Positions 48,493 through 59,069 of a stretch of DNA of 64,000 nt are shown here, one piece after another (position 1 is the first letter of the stretch; the number at the start of each line of letters is the position of its first letter). Under the pieces are notes generated by a model. That model ran no database searches. It saw nothing but the letters and a program-made list of their open reading frames with translations, and was not told where the DNA came from. The DNA lies in IMG/VR virus record IMGVR_UViG_3300010397_000005, positions 8,934 through 72,933 of that record, one strand, 5' to 3'. The stretch is from a virus. The translations under genes and the position numbers were made by a program.

Positions 48493-49879
48493 ATGACATG
48501 GCGAGTAGTGAAACGACCGGATCAATCAGTTGTCCACATCATGCCGATTGGTGACTTCGAGCCGCACGATGAAGATGCTGCCTGTCACTGCGAGCCGGAG
48601 CTGGAGCTAATCGACGATGCGTTCTGTGACTTGCTGGTCCATAACGCGTATGACGAGAACTTGAATGATAAATCTGATGTAATCGAATGAGCAATGCCCG
48701 CACCCAACTACGAGAGATCGTCGTCGCCGACATCAACGAGCATCATCCTGACAACGCGGACAAAGCGCACGCGATCGTGGATCGATTACTCGACATGCCG
48801 CAGATGCAATCAGACGACAGCGTGATCATGTTTATTCGCGCTTATCGACGGGCGATGGAGAGGAGAGACGGTGGATAAATTACCGTCAAATAGCTACATC
48901 TCGGAATCGGAGTTAGAGGAATACGTGCGCAATGCGCCAGACCTGACCCCCTCGAAGATCGATCTGGAATGTGCGGCAGGTTGGATCGAGCCCTTCTTAG
49001 ACGTTCCCGAAGAAGTGCGGATTGCCGCGGCTGAGTTGGCTATTGAACTGATCGAAGAAGGGTAATCCTATCGATGGCATTCTCAGACAAGCTCGCAGTA
49101 GCTGACGGCGTCACGATCGCACTCAACTGCGCTCTCTGCGGCCAACCCGCAACCGAGGAACACTCCTGCACGAAGCGCTACTTGCGCAATCCTGCTGTAG
49201 TACTGGTCCGTTGTCTCGCCGATCCTTCGTCAAACGAACCTGACGACTTGTTCTTGATTCGCACCGAGCGCAGCGGTGAGGAATACACGACGACGCGAGC
49301 GGTGCTGAAGCGGGATTATGAGGAACTATAGATGGATCAGTGGCGACAAGTACTGAGGTACTGGTTCGATCTGGCCCGCATCCGTGACGAGACAGGTTTG
49401 CCAGTGGATTTAATCTACCTGGGCGCAGTAGAGAAGGACGCACTGCCCCGAGTGATCGAGAACCATCAAGTGCGGCCTGTAACGGAGGCGGAATTCCATC
49501 AGGGTATCAAAGATTGTATCGCCGTGTTGCAGGGGCGGTCTCCAAAGAGTATGAAGCTGACGAGTGAGATGATTAATTTTATTAAGAAGGAATGCGTACA
49601 GTCGTGAGAGACTTCCAAGTCCGACGACATCCAGACGGCTCGTTCGCGCTCTACGATTCACAGGATCGACTCATCGATGGAATCATGGTTCAGGATACCG
49701 GACAGGAGCCTGTTAAAGTCGCCGCGACTGCGCGCATGGAGGAGAGCGGTCAGAAGTTCTACGTAGCCCTTCCTGTGACTCGTGACATTTTGGTTCACGA
49801 TCTGCAAGTCATCGAGGAACGACTGAAGTATGCCGCGCTCAGTTGGGAGCGGGAACACGCTCAGCCAGTAGAAGATTAA
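48493..49879 (+). CDS. Six small hypothetical genes (48493-48690, 48687-48878, 48871-49065, 49074-49331, 49332-49607, 49592-49879)
   Basis: Abutting or overlapping plus-strand ORFs. Confidence 0.55.
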
Positions 49880-49893
49880 ACTAAGGAGACTGA

Positions 49894-51174
49894 ATGTCTG
49901 GACACTACCCAATGTTCACCGGACTACAGGTGGGAATTCCATTAAGTGGGCGACCGATAGTTCCCCAATGGGCCTTTGCGTACGCAAGGCTTTCTCCCCC
50001 CATGTGCTACAACATGCATAGCTGCCACACGTGGAGAGCCCCGATCGCAGAAGCGCGAAACTACTTCGCTGAACAAGCGTTAGCCGTCGGTGCGCGTTAT
50101 TTGTTCATGCTTGATGAAGATGTCGTTGCACCATCTGAGACATTGCAGAAACTGATCTACCGTGCTGAATGTAATCCCGAACTCATGGTTGTTGGTGGTA
50201 TCTATTGCCACAAATCTCCTCCTGCAATGCCAATGATCTTCCGTGGCTTAGGTGCTGGTCCATACCTTGATTGGAAGGTTGGTGAATTCTTCGAGGTTGA
50301 TGCGATCGCGATGGGTTGTACGTTGATCCGAACAGAAGTATTCAAACATCTGCCCAAGCCGTGGTTCAAAACCGTGGACTCGAATCACTATCTCGACGGT
50401 ATCCAGAAGGCGGAGGTCTGGACTGAAGACATGTATGTTTGCGACCTTATCCGAAAGGCGGGGTTCAAAATCTACGCCGAAGGCTCAATTCTTTGTGAAC
50501 ACTGGGACTACAATACGATGGTAGCAACAACGCTGCCTGCCGATTCTCCGCCGATGAGACGCGCGACCACGAAAACCAAAGGGCAAAAGAAGATCGTTGA
50601 TTTAGGTTGCGGTGAATCGAAGTACGAAACTGATGAGGGCGATGTCCTAACGGTGGATGTTCGGGATAGTGTGAATCCTGACTACAGAGCTGATCTTCAC
50701 GACTTGCCCTTCGCGAACAACGAATTTGACATCGCTTACTCATCCCACGTGCTCGAACATTTCCCGCGCTCCGACACTGGCAGGGTACTGGATGAGTGGA
50801 CGCGGATTCTCAAACCGGACGGCGAGATGCGTTTGATCGTGCCGAACCTCGAATGGGCCGCAGATCAAATCAAGCTTGGCGCGATGAACGACGACGTGCT
50901 CAACGTTCTCTACGGAGCGCAGACCTACGGCGAGAATTTCCACCAAATGGGATTTACACCTGCCGCACTTACGTCTATGCTAAAAGAGCGCGGGTTCAAG
51001 CGCATGGACGTAGAAACGGTTGGATACAATCTGTGCGTTCGCGCATGGCGACAACCGCCCGCTGACTTGCCGAGTCTGGGCCAGCCGCCGGAGGGAGTGG
51101 TGGCGGCGACGAATGGACATAAGAAGCGCAAGGTGAAGGCAGCCAAGCCTAAATTAAACGGTAAGAAGAAATGA
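49894..51174 (+). CDS. GT-A glycosyltransferase-like plus class I SAM methyltransferase fusion
   Basis: ARN..A, LFMLDED (DxD), AMGCTLIR..VF, TEDMY.C; then VDLGCG, DLPF..NEFD, SSHVLEHF, RILKPDG. Confidence 0.85.
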   Translation: MSGHYPMFTGLQVGIPLSGRPIVPQWAFAYARLSPPMCYNMHSCHTWRAPIAEARNYFAEQALAVGARYLFMLDEDVVAPSETLQKLIYRAECNPELMVVGGIYCHKSPPAMPMIFRGLGAGPYLDWKVGEFFEVDAIAMGCTLIRTEVFKHLPKPWFKTVDSNHYLDGIQKAEVWTEDMYVCDLIRKAGFKIYAEGSILCEHWDYNTMVATTLPADSPPMRRATTKTKGQKKIVDLGCGESKYETDEGDVLTVDVRDSVNPDYRADLHDLPFANNEFDIAYSSHVLEHFPRSDTGRVLDEWTRILKPDGEMRLIVPNLEWAADQIKLGAMNDDVLNVLYGAQTYGENFHQMGFTPAALTSMLKERGFKRMDVETVGYNLCVRAWRQPPADLPSLGQPPEGVVAATNGHKKRKVKAAKPKLNGKKK

Positions 51175-51325
51175 TCGACGCCGCAGAGTTGCGCGATCTG
51201 ATCAGGCAATACGGTGCCGAAGTTGATGACGCAGCCTATCAGGCAGTTTACGGCTTTGGTATCTGGTACGCAGATCAACAAAATGCTAGCGAGGTAGTTT
51301 TGTCTGACTGGACTCCGGCTAACCA

Positions 51326-51595
51326 ATGACCCCCTTCATCCAAGATCCCAACGCCACCCTCGACTACCCCTTCGACTGGTCCACTTATCTCGCTGGCGAT
51401 ACAATCCAGACCAGCCAGTTTATTGTCGATAGTGGGATCATGGTCGAGTCGGACGCGATTCTCGATCCTGCGAACACAGTCATCTGGCTCTCGGGTGTGG
51501 CTAAAGGCAAACGTTACGCAGTGACAAACCGTATCGTGACTGTAGGCGGTAGGGAGGACGACTGGACGATCTACGTGCTAGGGAAGGAGCGGTGA
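51326..51595 (+). CDS. Fibre adaptor-like small virion protein
   Basis: QDPNATLDYPFDWS.YL.GDTI...WLSG...Y.VTNRIVT.GGR.DD is a widespread phage family pattern. Confidence 0.65.
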   Translation: MTPFIQDPNATLDYPFDWSTYLAGDTIQTSQFIVDSGIMVESDAILDPANTVIWLSGVAKGKRYAVTNRIVTVGGREDDWTIYVLGKER

Positions 51596-51746
51596 TGGAT
51601 TATCAAGGCTTATACGAGGACGTTCTCGACATAGAATCCCGTGCTCGTGAAACAGGATTAGCCGAACTCGCCCAAGAATGCTACGAGTTCCGCTTGGATA
51701 TGTTACTTCGTTTTTATACTCCGATTGGGCATTACCGAATAAGCTA

Positions 51747-54359
51747 ATGGGCTTCCTAGACCGACTATCATCAGCCATCAAGTCCCTCCGCTTCCCTGCG
51801 CCTGCCCCGCCCAACCTCGTCTCCGTCTTCCCGACATGGGCCGATTTCGATCAAGCTGTTAACCAACTCCTCATCGGCTTCAAAGGAACGGGACGAGACT
51901 ACGCCTCCGCCGTCGGTGATCTCACCATGTCATCGCTGATGATGGCCGCAGTTACCGCAGTCGGCAATAGCGCCAGTGAAGCTGAACTCCAAGTGCGTGA
52001 GCAGCAAGGGAACGAGGAAGTCATCGTCGACGATCACGAACTGGTTAAACTCTGGTATCGGCCCAACAACTTCTACGACGCCCCGACGATGATCAAAGCA
52101 GTGAGCACAAGCTGGGTCATCACTGATAACGCCTACATACGCAAGGAACGCAATGAGGAAGGGAGGGTCAAGGAACTCTGGTACGAGCCACACAACACGA
52201 TCCGCGCAGTTTACCCCGCTGACGGTTCGGAATTTATTTCCAACTATGAAGTCCAGCGCGGCCCGGACTGGCTGCCGATTCCTGTCACCGATGTCATCCA
52301 TTTCCGCAATGGCCTAGACCCTGCCAACCCCCGCTACGGACTTGCGTCCACCCCCGCCATCTTCCGCGAGATCTTCGGTGACAACGAATCGGCGAACTGG
52401 TATGCGAACTTGATGGCGAATGACGCAGGGTTCAGGTACTTCCTCAGCATCGACAACAAAGCAGGCGAACTGGGGCAGGAAGACATCAACAATATCAAGA
52501 AGCTGCTGATGGCCCAGATCACGGGCGACAAGAAGTTCACGCCGCCTATCATCACCAACGCTGAGCCAAAGAAGTTGCAGTTCTCGCCGCAGGAGTTGGA
52601 TTTGCGTTTGCAGCGTTATCTCGCTGAGGAGAGGTTCTGCGCGGTCAAGGGAATTCCCGGTACGGTGATGGAGTTCGGATCGGCAGGGGAGCATTGTTTA
52701 CCTGCGGATACTCGAATCAGTACGGTTGAGCGTGGGCCAGTGTCGATTAGGGACGTGCGGGTCGGTGATTTGGTCTGGGCATTTGATCCTGACGGTTCAC
52801 TTGTCCGGCGGCCTGTCACGTGGTCGGGCTTCACTGGGCGCAAGCAGTTGTTCAAACTGAAGGCACGCAATCGCACGATCTGGGCCAGTGGTAATCACCC
52901 GTTTCTAGTGCGCAAGCAGGAAAAAGTTGAAGCGCCTCGCATAGGCCATCGTCACAGTCCTGAATGGCGCTACTGGCTGGAGTGGGTGGCGCTGGAGAAT
53001 TTGCAAGTCGGGGACAGAATTCTTGAAGTGCTCGCGCTGCCAGATACAGGTAAGACCGAGTTGCCGGACGGAACTCCGGCCAGCGCTCAACTTATGCAGT
53101 GGTTGGGAGCGTTTGTGGGGGATGGGTGCTATCAAAGTGATTGCTATTTAACTTTATGTATCCCTAAAGAGGATCGGGTCAGGCGAGAATATTATTCCCT
53201 AACTCAAGGTTTGTTCACTAAGCAAGTTACACAATCGGGAGGTGGCCGATGGAATACTTTAATAGCGCTGTCTCCACAGTCTCTGGGTGTTGCGACTGCA
53301 CCTGCGCACTTGAGGGAAACGAATAATGGCTTTAGTTTCTCGTCGAGACATACATTCCTCTGGTTAGAGCAAGCGGGATTCAAGCGCGGCGCGCGAAATA
53401 AGCACATACCTGAGTGGGTATTCGGGCTGACCGAAGAATTACGACTGGCATTTCTACGTGGAATGCTCGATACCGATGGTTCGGTTAGCAGGCGTGGTCA
53501 TGCTGTGTGGAGATTGGCGAGTAGGCAATTAACTTACGACTTGTGGCATCTGTCGCTCGGGTTGGGTATGAGCGTGTCAAATATCTACCACCTTCAGCAA
53601 CCGAAGTCCTGCCTGCCGAACGAGGGTAGGCAAGAGTTCTACGATGCATGGCAATTCACAATCATGTCTGCGGAGGACGTGAGAAGAATCGGTTCCGAAG
53701 ATCCGCTGTACGTCAAATACTTATCAGCGACTAATGAGAAGAAGCGAACCAACCGAGCCAGCCGTGGCGATCATATCCTGCCCGATTTCACTGCGACCGT
53801 TGCTATTCAATCAATTGAAGCTGGCCCAGAAGAAGATGTCTACGATCTCACTGTCGAAGGTGCGCATAACTTCATCGCCGATGGCTTGACGGTACACAAC
53901 AGCATTTACAACAATGTTTTTCAGAGTCAACAGCGTTTTACAAACAACTATCTCGCACCGTTCTGGAAACACATCGCGGAGACGTTGACACATAGTCTCC
54001 TTCGCGAATTCGACAACAAACCTAATCACTACGTCTTCTACGACACGGCTGATGTCAAAGCACTACAGGAAGACGAAAGCAGTCGTCACAAGCGCTGGCG
54101 AGAGGATTATTTAGGCGGAGGGATCACTCGGGCCGAGTATCGTCGAGCAATTGGACTGGACGCAACTGAAGCAGACGACGTATATTTCGTGCCGAGAGGT
54201 GGGGCGACACAGGCGAGAGATGCGGCAGCTCCGAAAAATGCAGCGGCTCCGGCGACTACGACTGCAACCGCGAGTAGCAACGGGAACGGAATAGGCGATA
54301 ACGGCACCAGTGGAGTAAAACCCAGTCCGGCGATTTCGACAGCGAGGTTGGTTTCGTGA
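51747..54359 (+). CDS. Portal protein (HK97-like) containing an intein
   Basis: MGFLDRL start, HELVKL..RPN, DNAYI.K.R, DVIHFR, YGLAS; splicing restores GEH/SIYNNV. Confidence 0.9.
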   Translation: MGFLDRLSSAIKSLRFPAPAPPNLVSVFPTWADFDQAVNQLLIGFKGTGRDYASAVGDLTMSSLMMAAVTAVGNSASEAELQVREQQGNEEVIVDDHELVKLWYRPNNFYDAPTMIKAVSTSWVITDNAYIRKERNEEGRVKELWYEPHNTIRAVYPADGSEFISNYEVQRGPDWLPIPVTDVIHFRNGLDPANPRYGLASTPAIFREIFGDNESANWYANLMANDAGFRYFLSIDNKAGELGQEDINNIKKLLMAQITGDKKFTPPIITNAEPKKLQFSPQELDLRLQRYLAEERFCAVKGIPGTVMEFGSAGEHCLPADTRISTVERGPVSIRDVRVGDLVWAFDPDGSLVRRPVTWSGFTGRKQLFKLKARNRTIWASGNHPFLVRKQEKVEAPRIGHRHSPEWRYWLEWVALENLQVGDRILEVLALPDTGKTELPDGTPASAQLMQWLGAFVGDGCYQSDCYLTLCIPKEDRVRREYYSLTQGLFTKQVTQSGGGRWNTLIALSPQSLGVATAPAHLRETNNGFSFSSRHTFLWLEQAGFKRGARNKHIPEWVFGLTEELRLAFLRGMLDTDGSVSRRGHAVWRLASRQLTYDLWHLSLGLGMSVSNIYHLQQPKSCLPNEGRQEFYDAWQFTIMSAEDVRRIGSEDPLYVKYLSATNEKKRTNRASRGDHILPDFTATVAIQSIEAGPEEDVYDLTVEGAHNFIADGLTVHNSIYNNVFQSQQRFTNNYLAPFWKHIAETLTHSLLREFDNKPNHYVFYDTADVKALQEDESSRHKRWREDYLGGGITRAEYRRAIGLDATEADDVYFVPRGGATQARDAAAPKNAAAPATTTATASSNGNGIGDNGTSGVKPSPAISTARLVS
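52695..53900 (+). mobile_element. Intein (402 aa) with LAGLIDADG homing endonuclease
   Basis: N-terminal CLPADTRI, block B ASGNHPF, LGAFVGDG and FLRGMLDTDG, C-terminal VYDLTV..AHNFIADGLTVHN followed by Ser. Confidence 0.95.
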
Positions 54360-55128
54360 GTAAATTTAGCAACCTAAAGTGCGGGAGGCGATTACCAAGC
54401 GTAGAGCGAAACGGGTGGAGATTTTCACTGCTTTGCGATTTGCCTATAGCCCATGAAGGTCCGTGTGAGCCGGACGATCTAGAAATCTTGGCAGGAACTG
54501 TCATTCCTGGCCTAAAACAGCATCAGTGGTGGTGCGGCGGCAAGGAACCGTGTGCTTGTACTGAGACGTGGAAAGCCAAATATCTTAAACGTCCAGATCC
54601 TGACGGCACGATTGAGTTAATGTTGGAACAGGCTCGCGTAAACGATAAACGCACAATGGAGGCAATTTACGGTAGGCAAGATTGATTCTGAATGAGCACC
54701 CAACCCATTCCCCGCGTGATTAAACCTGTTGCGCCGACACAAATTGGTGATACACTGCGGCTGACTGACGAGCTTGAGCTGGAGCTGCGCCGGATTGTAC
54801 GCGAGGAAATGCGAGAGTTCCTGCTGGCCCAGCGCCGGGCTGCGAAGTATGTTGATAGTGTAGTGATTCAGCAGTTGGGGTTAATAACCACATGAGTTGG
54901 GAAGGTGCAATACATAGCGAGAGACAGTCAGGTGAAATTGTTCGCTTGCGTGTTGAACTTGAACGCGCCTACCAGCAAATCAAGCGATTGGAACAAAAAT
55001 TAGGCGAATCTGGCCCCGGTTTTTACCAGTGTGAGTCAATGGATAGTTCCAGTCCTTATTGGATGCATTTAGGTTTTGTTAGTAACTGATTTGATAATCC
55101 ACTAGGGTCGCAACTCTAACCGAGTCCC

Positions 55129-55182
55129 GCCCGTCGTTTCTGGATCGCGTTAATTGCCCGTCCAGTAAGCGGCGGGCTTTTT
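55129..55182 (+). terminator. Long-stem intrinsic terminator
   Basis: GCCCGTCGTTTCTGGA pairs with TCCAGTAAGCGGCGGGC, then TTTTT. Confidence 0.65.
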
Positions 55183-55197
55183 CGTGCTCAGGAGACA

Positions 55198-55731
55198 ATG
55201 ATGGCAAAACGCAAACAACCGAAGACTAACGGCAACCAGAGCCAGCCCGAGGAAGTTGGCGATGTCATAAAATTAAGAGGATGCATTGAGATGCAGTTGA
55301 AGAACGCATTCGACGGCTCTCCTGTCGGCGAACGAATCAAGCTCAACACCGTCGTTACCGCCGGACGCCGCTGGGTGCTGGAAAAGATCGGCTCATTCTC
55401 GAATCAGACAAACTCGATCAATGCGATTGCTGTCGGCACTTCAACAACTGCGCCAGCTACATCCGACACTGCGCTAGGATCTGAGATCACTGCATCAGTG
55501 GGCCGCAAGACAATCGGTACATTCACGACTACTAACCTGACGAGCAATCCGCCGAGTTGGAGGGCGGAGGTGAGCTTTGCAACGGATGAAGCAACAGGCA
55601 CGCTGGGTGAGGCAGGGTTGTTCAATACGTCTAGTGCGACAGCAGGCACGATGTTGTCACACGTGACGTTCTCAACAATAAATAAATCAACGAGCAACAC
55701 ACTTTCCGTGAGTTATACGATATCAGGATAG
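55198..55731 (+). CDS. Collar/fibre-anchor-like structural protein
   Basis: NTVVTAGR, IAVGTSTTAPATSDTALGSEI, GTLGEAGLFN...GTMLS...INKST..TL.V.Y.I. Confidence 0.7.
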   Translation: MMAKRKQPKTNGNQSQPEEVGDVIKLRGCIEMQLKNAFDGSPVGERIKLNTVVTAGRRWVLEKIGSFSNQTNSINAIAVGTSTTAPATSDTALGSEITASVGRKTIGTFTTTNLTSNPPSWRAEVSFATDEATGTLGEAGLFNTSSATAGTMLSHVTFSTINKSTSNTLSVSYTISG

Positions 55732-55754
55732 TGTTAGACGCATTGTAGAAACCC

Positions 55755-56867
55755 ATGCCGTGGAAAGTACAAGAGCGCGATGGTAAGTTTTGCGTAATCA
55801 AACTCGCAGACAACTCCACCGTCCACTGCCACGACACCCGCGAGCAGGCCACCGCCCAAGTCCGCGCCTTATACGCAAGTGAGAACAAATCCTTCACTTA
55901 TCTCGACATTGAAAGCGAGGTCCAACCGCCGATGAACAATGATACAGACGCACTGGTCTTCTATGGCGGGGCGGTGAAGGCGCTGGGAGATGGGCTGGTG
56001 GGCGGATATGGCGTGCTGTTTACTACGGCTGATGATCCCGATCTGCAAGGCGACTACTTTACCAAATCTACAGACCTTGAATTGAGCGGGCGTGAATCCC
56101 TGCTGGCAATGTGGGATCACGGTCTGGACTCGGTGCTGAAACGGCGCAGGCTGGGACGAGCGAAGTATCGAGTGGATGACGTTGGAGTCTGGTTCGAAAC
56201 GAAGCTGAACGAAGCAGACGATTATGAGAAAGCTGTGTACGGACTGGCAAAAGCTGGCAAGCTGGGCTGGTCCACCGGATCTGCCCCGCACTTAGTTGAG
56301 CGCGTTCCGGTCAAGAAGGCTTTCGAGTTGAAATCGTGGCCAATCATCGAAGTTTCCCTGACCCACATGCCAGTGGAGCCACGCACGGCGGCTATCCCGC
56401 TCAAGTCTATCGCGCATGTTGAGTTGAAGTCCCTGCTCGACGAGACGGAGGCAGAAAAGTTACCTCCGTTTACCACTAAAGCTCTTGACGCGGCACTCGC
56501 AGCCGCCTATGACGACGACCTAGATAACCACTCCCTCAAGGTGGCGACCGCTGTTGAGGAGTTGATTGCCCACTACACCAAAACTGCTACTGCGCTTGAT
56601 GTGCTCAGTGGCCGCTTGGCAAGAAAGCAGGAGTTTCGCGCTGTCAAAGATGGCCGTGCTTTCTCGCAACGGAGAGTCGATAAGATGAACGAGTTGATCA
56701 GCCAGTTGAAGAAGCTGGCCGAGCACCCGCTCGCGCTCGCCTCCGAGTTCGAGAAGATGGTCAAAGAAGCGATTACGACGAGAGATCAACGTAACGCGCT
56801 TCAGCAGGCGATTCAATTCCAGCACAACCAATTTCAACAGTTGAAGGAGTCACAAAATCATGGCTGA
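55755..56867 (+). CDS. Prohead maturation protease with C-terminal helical extension
   Basis: GGYGVLF, DLQGDYF, WDH, DDVGVWFE, GWSTG, IEVSLT..P.EPR; directly upstream of the capsid gene. Confidence 0.85.
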   Translation: MPWKVQERDGKFCVIKLADNSTVHCHDTREQATAQVRALYASENKSFTYLDIESEVQPPMNNDTDALVFYGGAVKALGDGLVGGYGVLFTTADDPDLQGDYFTKSTDLELSGRESLLAMWDHGLDSVLKRRRLGRAKYRVDDVGVWFETKLNEADDYEKAVYGLAKAGKLGWSTGSAPHLVERVPVKKAFELKSWPIIEVSLTHMPVEPRTAAIPLKSIAHVELKSLLDETEAEKLPPFTTKALDAALAAAYDDDLDNHSLKVATAVEELIAHYTKTATALDVLSGRLARKQEFRAVKDGRAFSQRRVDKMNELISQLKKLAEHPLALASEFEKMVKEAITTRDQRNALQQAIQFQHNQFQQLKESQNHG

Positions 56868-58158
56868 AGCCGCACAGGTTATCACTTTCGAGAATCTCAG
56901 CTTCAACGAGCTGGGTGCGTTCAAGGATTTGAAGATCGCCGAGTTGGATGCTTATTTCAAAGCGCACACCAAAGGCGATCAAATCGACATGGACGCAGAT
57001 GAGTTGCAAATCGCCAAGATGAAGAATGACGAGATTACTGCCGCAACTAAGCGGTGGGAGCAACTCCGAGAAGCACAGGACATTTTCAAGAAAACTGTGG
57101 AGGCGCACTCTAAGATCAATACGGTAAATCGCCAAGTGCCATTTGTCGTCGATGATAAAGGCAACTATCAGCCATCCGGCGCGACGAAGACTCTCGGCGA
57201 AATGTTCACTGATGCGAACGCTTATAAGTCGATGAAAGGCTTGCACAGCGGTAACGCGAACTACGAAGTCAAGCTCGGCGAGAACCTCGACATGCGGGCA
57301 ATGAAGACACTGATGACAACCAGCGCCGGATTTGCGCCGCCGAATGATCGCACAGCCATCGTGGTCAACTTCGCGCTACGTCGTCCGACTGTCGCGGATC
57401 TCGTCCCGACCGACGCCACGACTCTCACTTCGATCAAATACATGGAGGAGACGACATGGGGCACAGCGTCGACGAATGCAAATCCGGCGGCGGCGGTCGC
57501 GGAAGGCGATCCGAAGCCGGAAGCCGAACTCGTCTGGACCGAGCGCTCGTCTGACGTTGAGAAAATCGCAGTCTGGATTCCGGTTACGTCCGAGCAACTC
57601 GACGACGTTCCCGGCATTCAGGGCATCATTAACAATCGGTTGAGCATGATGTTGCAGTTGAAAGAGGAAGACTACCTGCTGAACGGCACCGGAACGCCAC
57701 CGCAGATTGAAGGCTTCCTCGTCAAGTCCGGCGTGCAGACTCAGGCCGCGGCGGGCGACTCAAACATCGATACGATCTACAAAGCCATGACGAAGGTGCG
57801 GACAGTGGGATTTGCCGAGCCTACGGCAGTCGTGGTCCATCCGAACAACTGGACGCCTATTCGACTTGCTAAGACTCTTGACGGCCTCTATATCTGGGGT
57901 GCGCCGAGCGATCCCGGCCCAGAGCGCATCTTCGGCAAATCGGTTGTCGTCACCACTGCGATGACCGCTGGCACGGCGCTCACAGGCGACTTCCAGCTCT
58001 ACTCACATATCAGCCGTCGACAGGGCATCACCATCATCGTCGGCACAATCGGCAACCAGTTGATCGAGAACAAAAAGACGATCGTGGCCGAGATGCGCGA
58101 GAGTTTGGAAATTTATCGCGCGTCGGCATTTTGTAAAGCTACGGGGCTGGCGTCGTAA
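56860..58158 (+). CDS. Major capsid protein (HK97 fold)
   Basis: AVAEGDPKPEA, VEKIAVWIPVT.E.LDD, LLNGTG, VVHPNNW, DGLYIWG, GDF, IVAEMR. Confidence 0.95.
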   Translation: MAEAAQVITFENLSFNELGAFKDLKIAELDAYFKAHTKGDQIDMDADELQIAKMKNDEITAATKRWEQLREAQDIFKKTVEAHSKINTVNRQVPFVVDDKGNYQPSGATKTLGEMFTDANAYKSMKGLHSGNANYEVKLGENLDMRAMKTLMTTSAGFAPPNDRTAIVVNFALRRPTVADLVPTDATTLTSIKYMEETTWGTASTNANPAAAVAEGDPKPEAELVWTERSSDVEKIAVWIPVTSEQLDDVPGIQGIINNRLSMMLQLKEEDYLLNGTGTPPQIEGFLVKSGVQTQAAAGDSNIDTIYKAMTKVRTVGFAEPTAVVVHPNNWTPIRLAKTLDGLYIWGAPSDPGPERIFGKSVVVTTAMTAGTALTGDFQLYSHISRRQGITIIVGTIGNQLIENKKTIVAEMRESLEIYRASAFCKATGLAS

Positions 58159-58212
58159 GTGGATTGAGTGGAGGACTGGCTGGTCCTCCAATTGAATAAG
58201 GAGAATCATCAA

Positions 58213-58713
58213 ATGCCATCAAATCGACTGCGACGACTGGGAACAGTAGGCGCGGGTACGGACGAAGTACAGCGTCTCACGATCGGAGGTACTCCGACAG
58301 GCGGAACTTTTATTCTCCGCTTTGAGGGGAATAATACTACTGCGATCACATGGTCCGCGACGAACGCAACTCTCCTCGCCAATATCCAAGCAGCCCTCGA
58401 CGCGCATCCTTCGCTCGGCACGAATGGCTGCGTGGCGTCGGCGGCGTCCCTGACCGCAGGTATCGGCACCATCAACCTGACCTTCGGCGCGGCGCGGGCC
58501 AAGGAAAACGTCGAGCAGATGACGGTGTTTAAGAATAGCCTGACAGGCACGTCCCCGACCCTCGCTATTACTACCGTGACGCCGGGAGTAAACGCGACTG
58601 GGAAATATGCCGCGTTGGGCGACATGGGAGTGGATGATGCAGGTACAGTTTACGTGAATACGGCCACTTCCGGCCCGAACGCTACGTGGACAACTGTCGG
58701 ATCACAAACATGA
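58213..58713 (+). CDS. Probable capsid decoration protein
   Basis: Follows the capsid gene; AAGGAG RBS before ATG 58213; DEVQRLTIGGTPTGGTF domain. Confidence 0.6.
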   Translation: MPSNRLRRLGTVGAGTDEVQRLTIGGTPTGGTFILRFEGNNTTAITWSATNATLLANIQAALDAHPSLGTNGCVASAASLTAGIGTINLTFGAARAKENVEQMTVFKNSLTGTSPTLAITTVTPGVNATGKYAALGDMGVDDAGTVYVNTATSGPNATWTTVGSQT

Positions 58714-58727
58714 GGTTTGAAGTCTAA

Positions 58728-59069
58728 ATGGGACTAAGCATCGTTAAACATGACGCACGTGGCGTATACCGGATGGTGGCGCAGGAAGATCTCTACCTTA
58801 ACGAGGACCAGACGAGAGTGATTGTCGTCAAAAAAGGCGAGGAAGTGCCGAAGGAGGCGGCGTTCGTCCTCGCGGGCAGGGGTGGCACTATCCCAGTGAA
58901 ATACGCCGAGATGCTCAAAGCTCTCGACGCGCCTGCTGAAGTAAAAGATGAAGTGAAGGAAGTTAAGGTAGAACCTGAGACAAAGCCGACTGCACCTGAC
59001 GCTGAGCCTAAAGTCAAGTCTAAACCTGAGCCTGCTAAACCTAAGCCCGTCGAGGAGAAGCCTGCGTGA
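58728..59069 (+). CDS. Hypothetical protein with K/E/P-rich tail
   Basis: Typical post-capsid small gene. Confidence 0.6.
   Translation: MGLSIVKHDARGVYRMVAQEDLYLNEDQTRVIVVKKGEEVPKEAAFVLAGRGGTIPVKYAEMLKALDAPAEVKDEVKEVKVEPETKPTAPDAEPKVKSKPEPAKPKPVEEKPA

Noticed and set aside
51678-51746. N-terminal extension of the portal in the ORF track
   Set aside because: It overlaps a small upstream ORF that stops at the ATG 51747 junction (TAATG), and MGFLDRL is a typical portal start.
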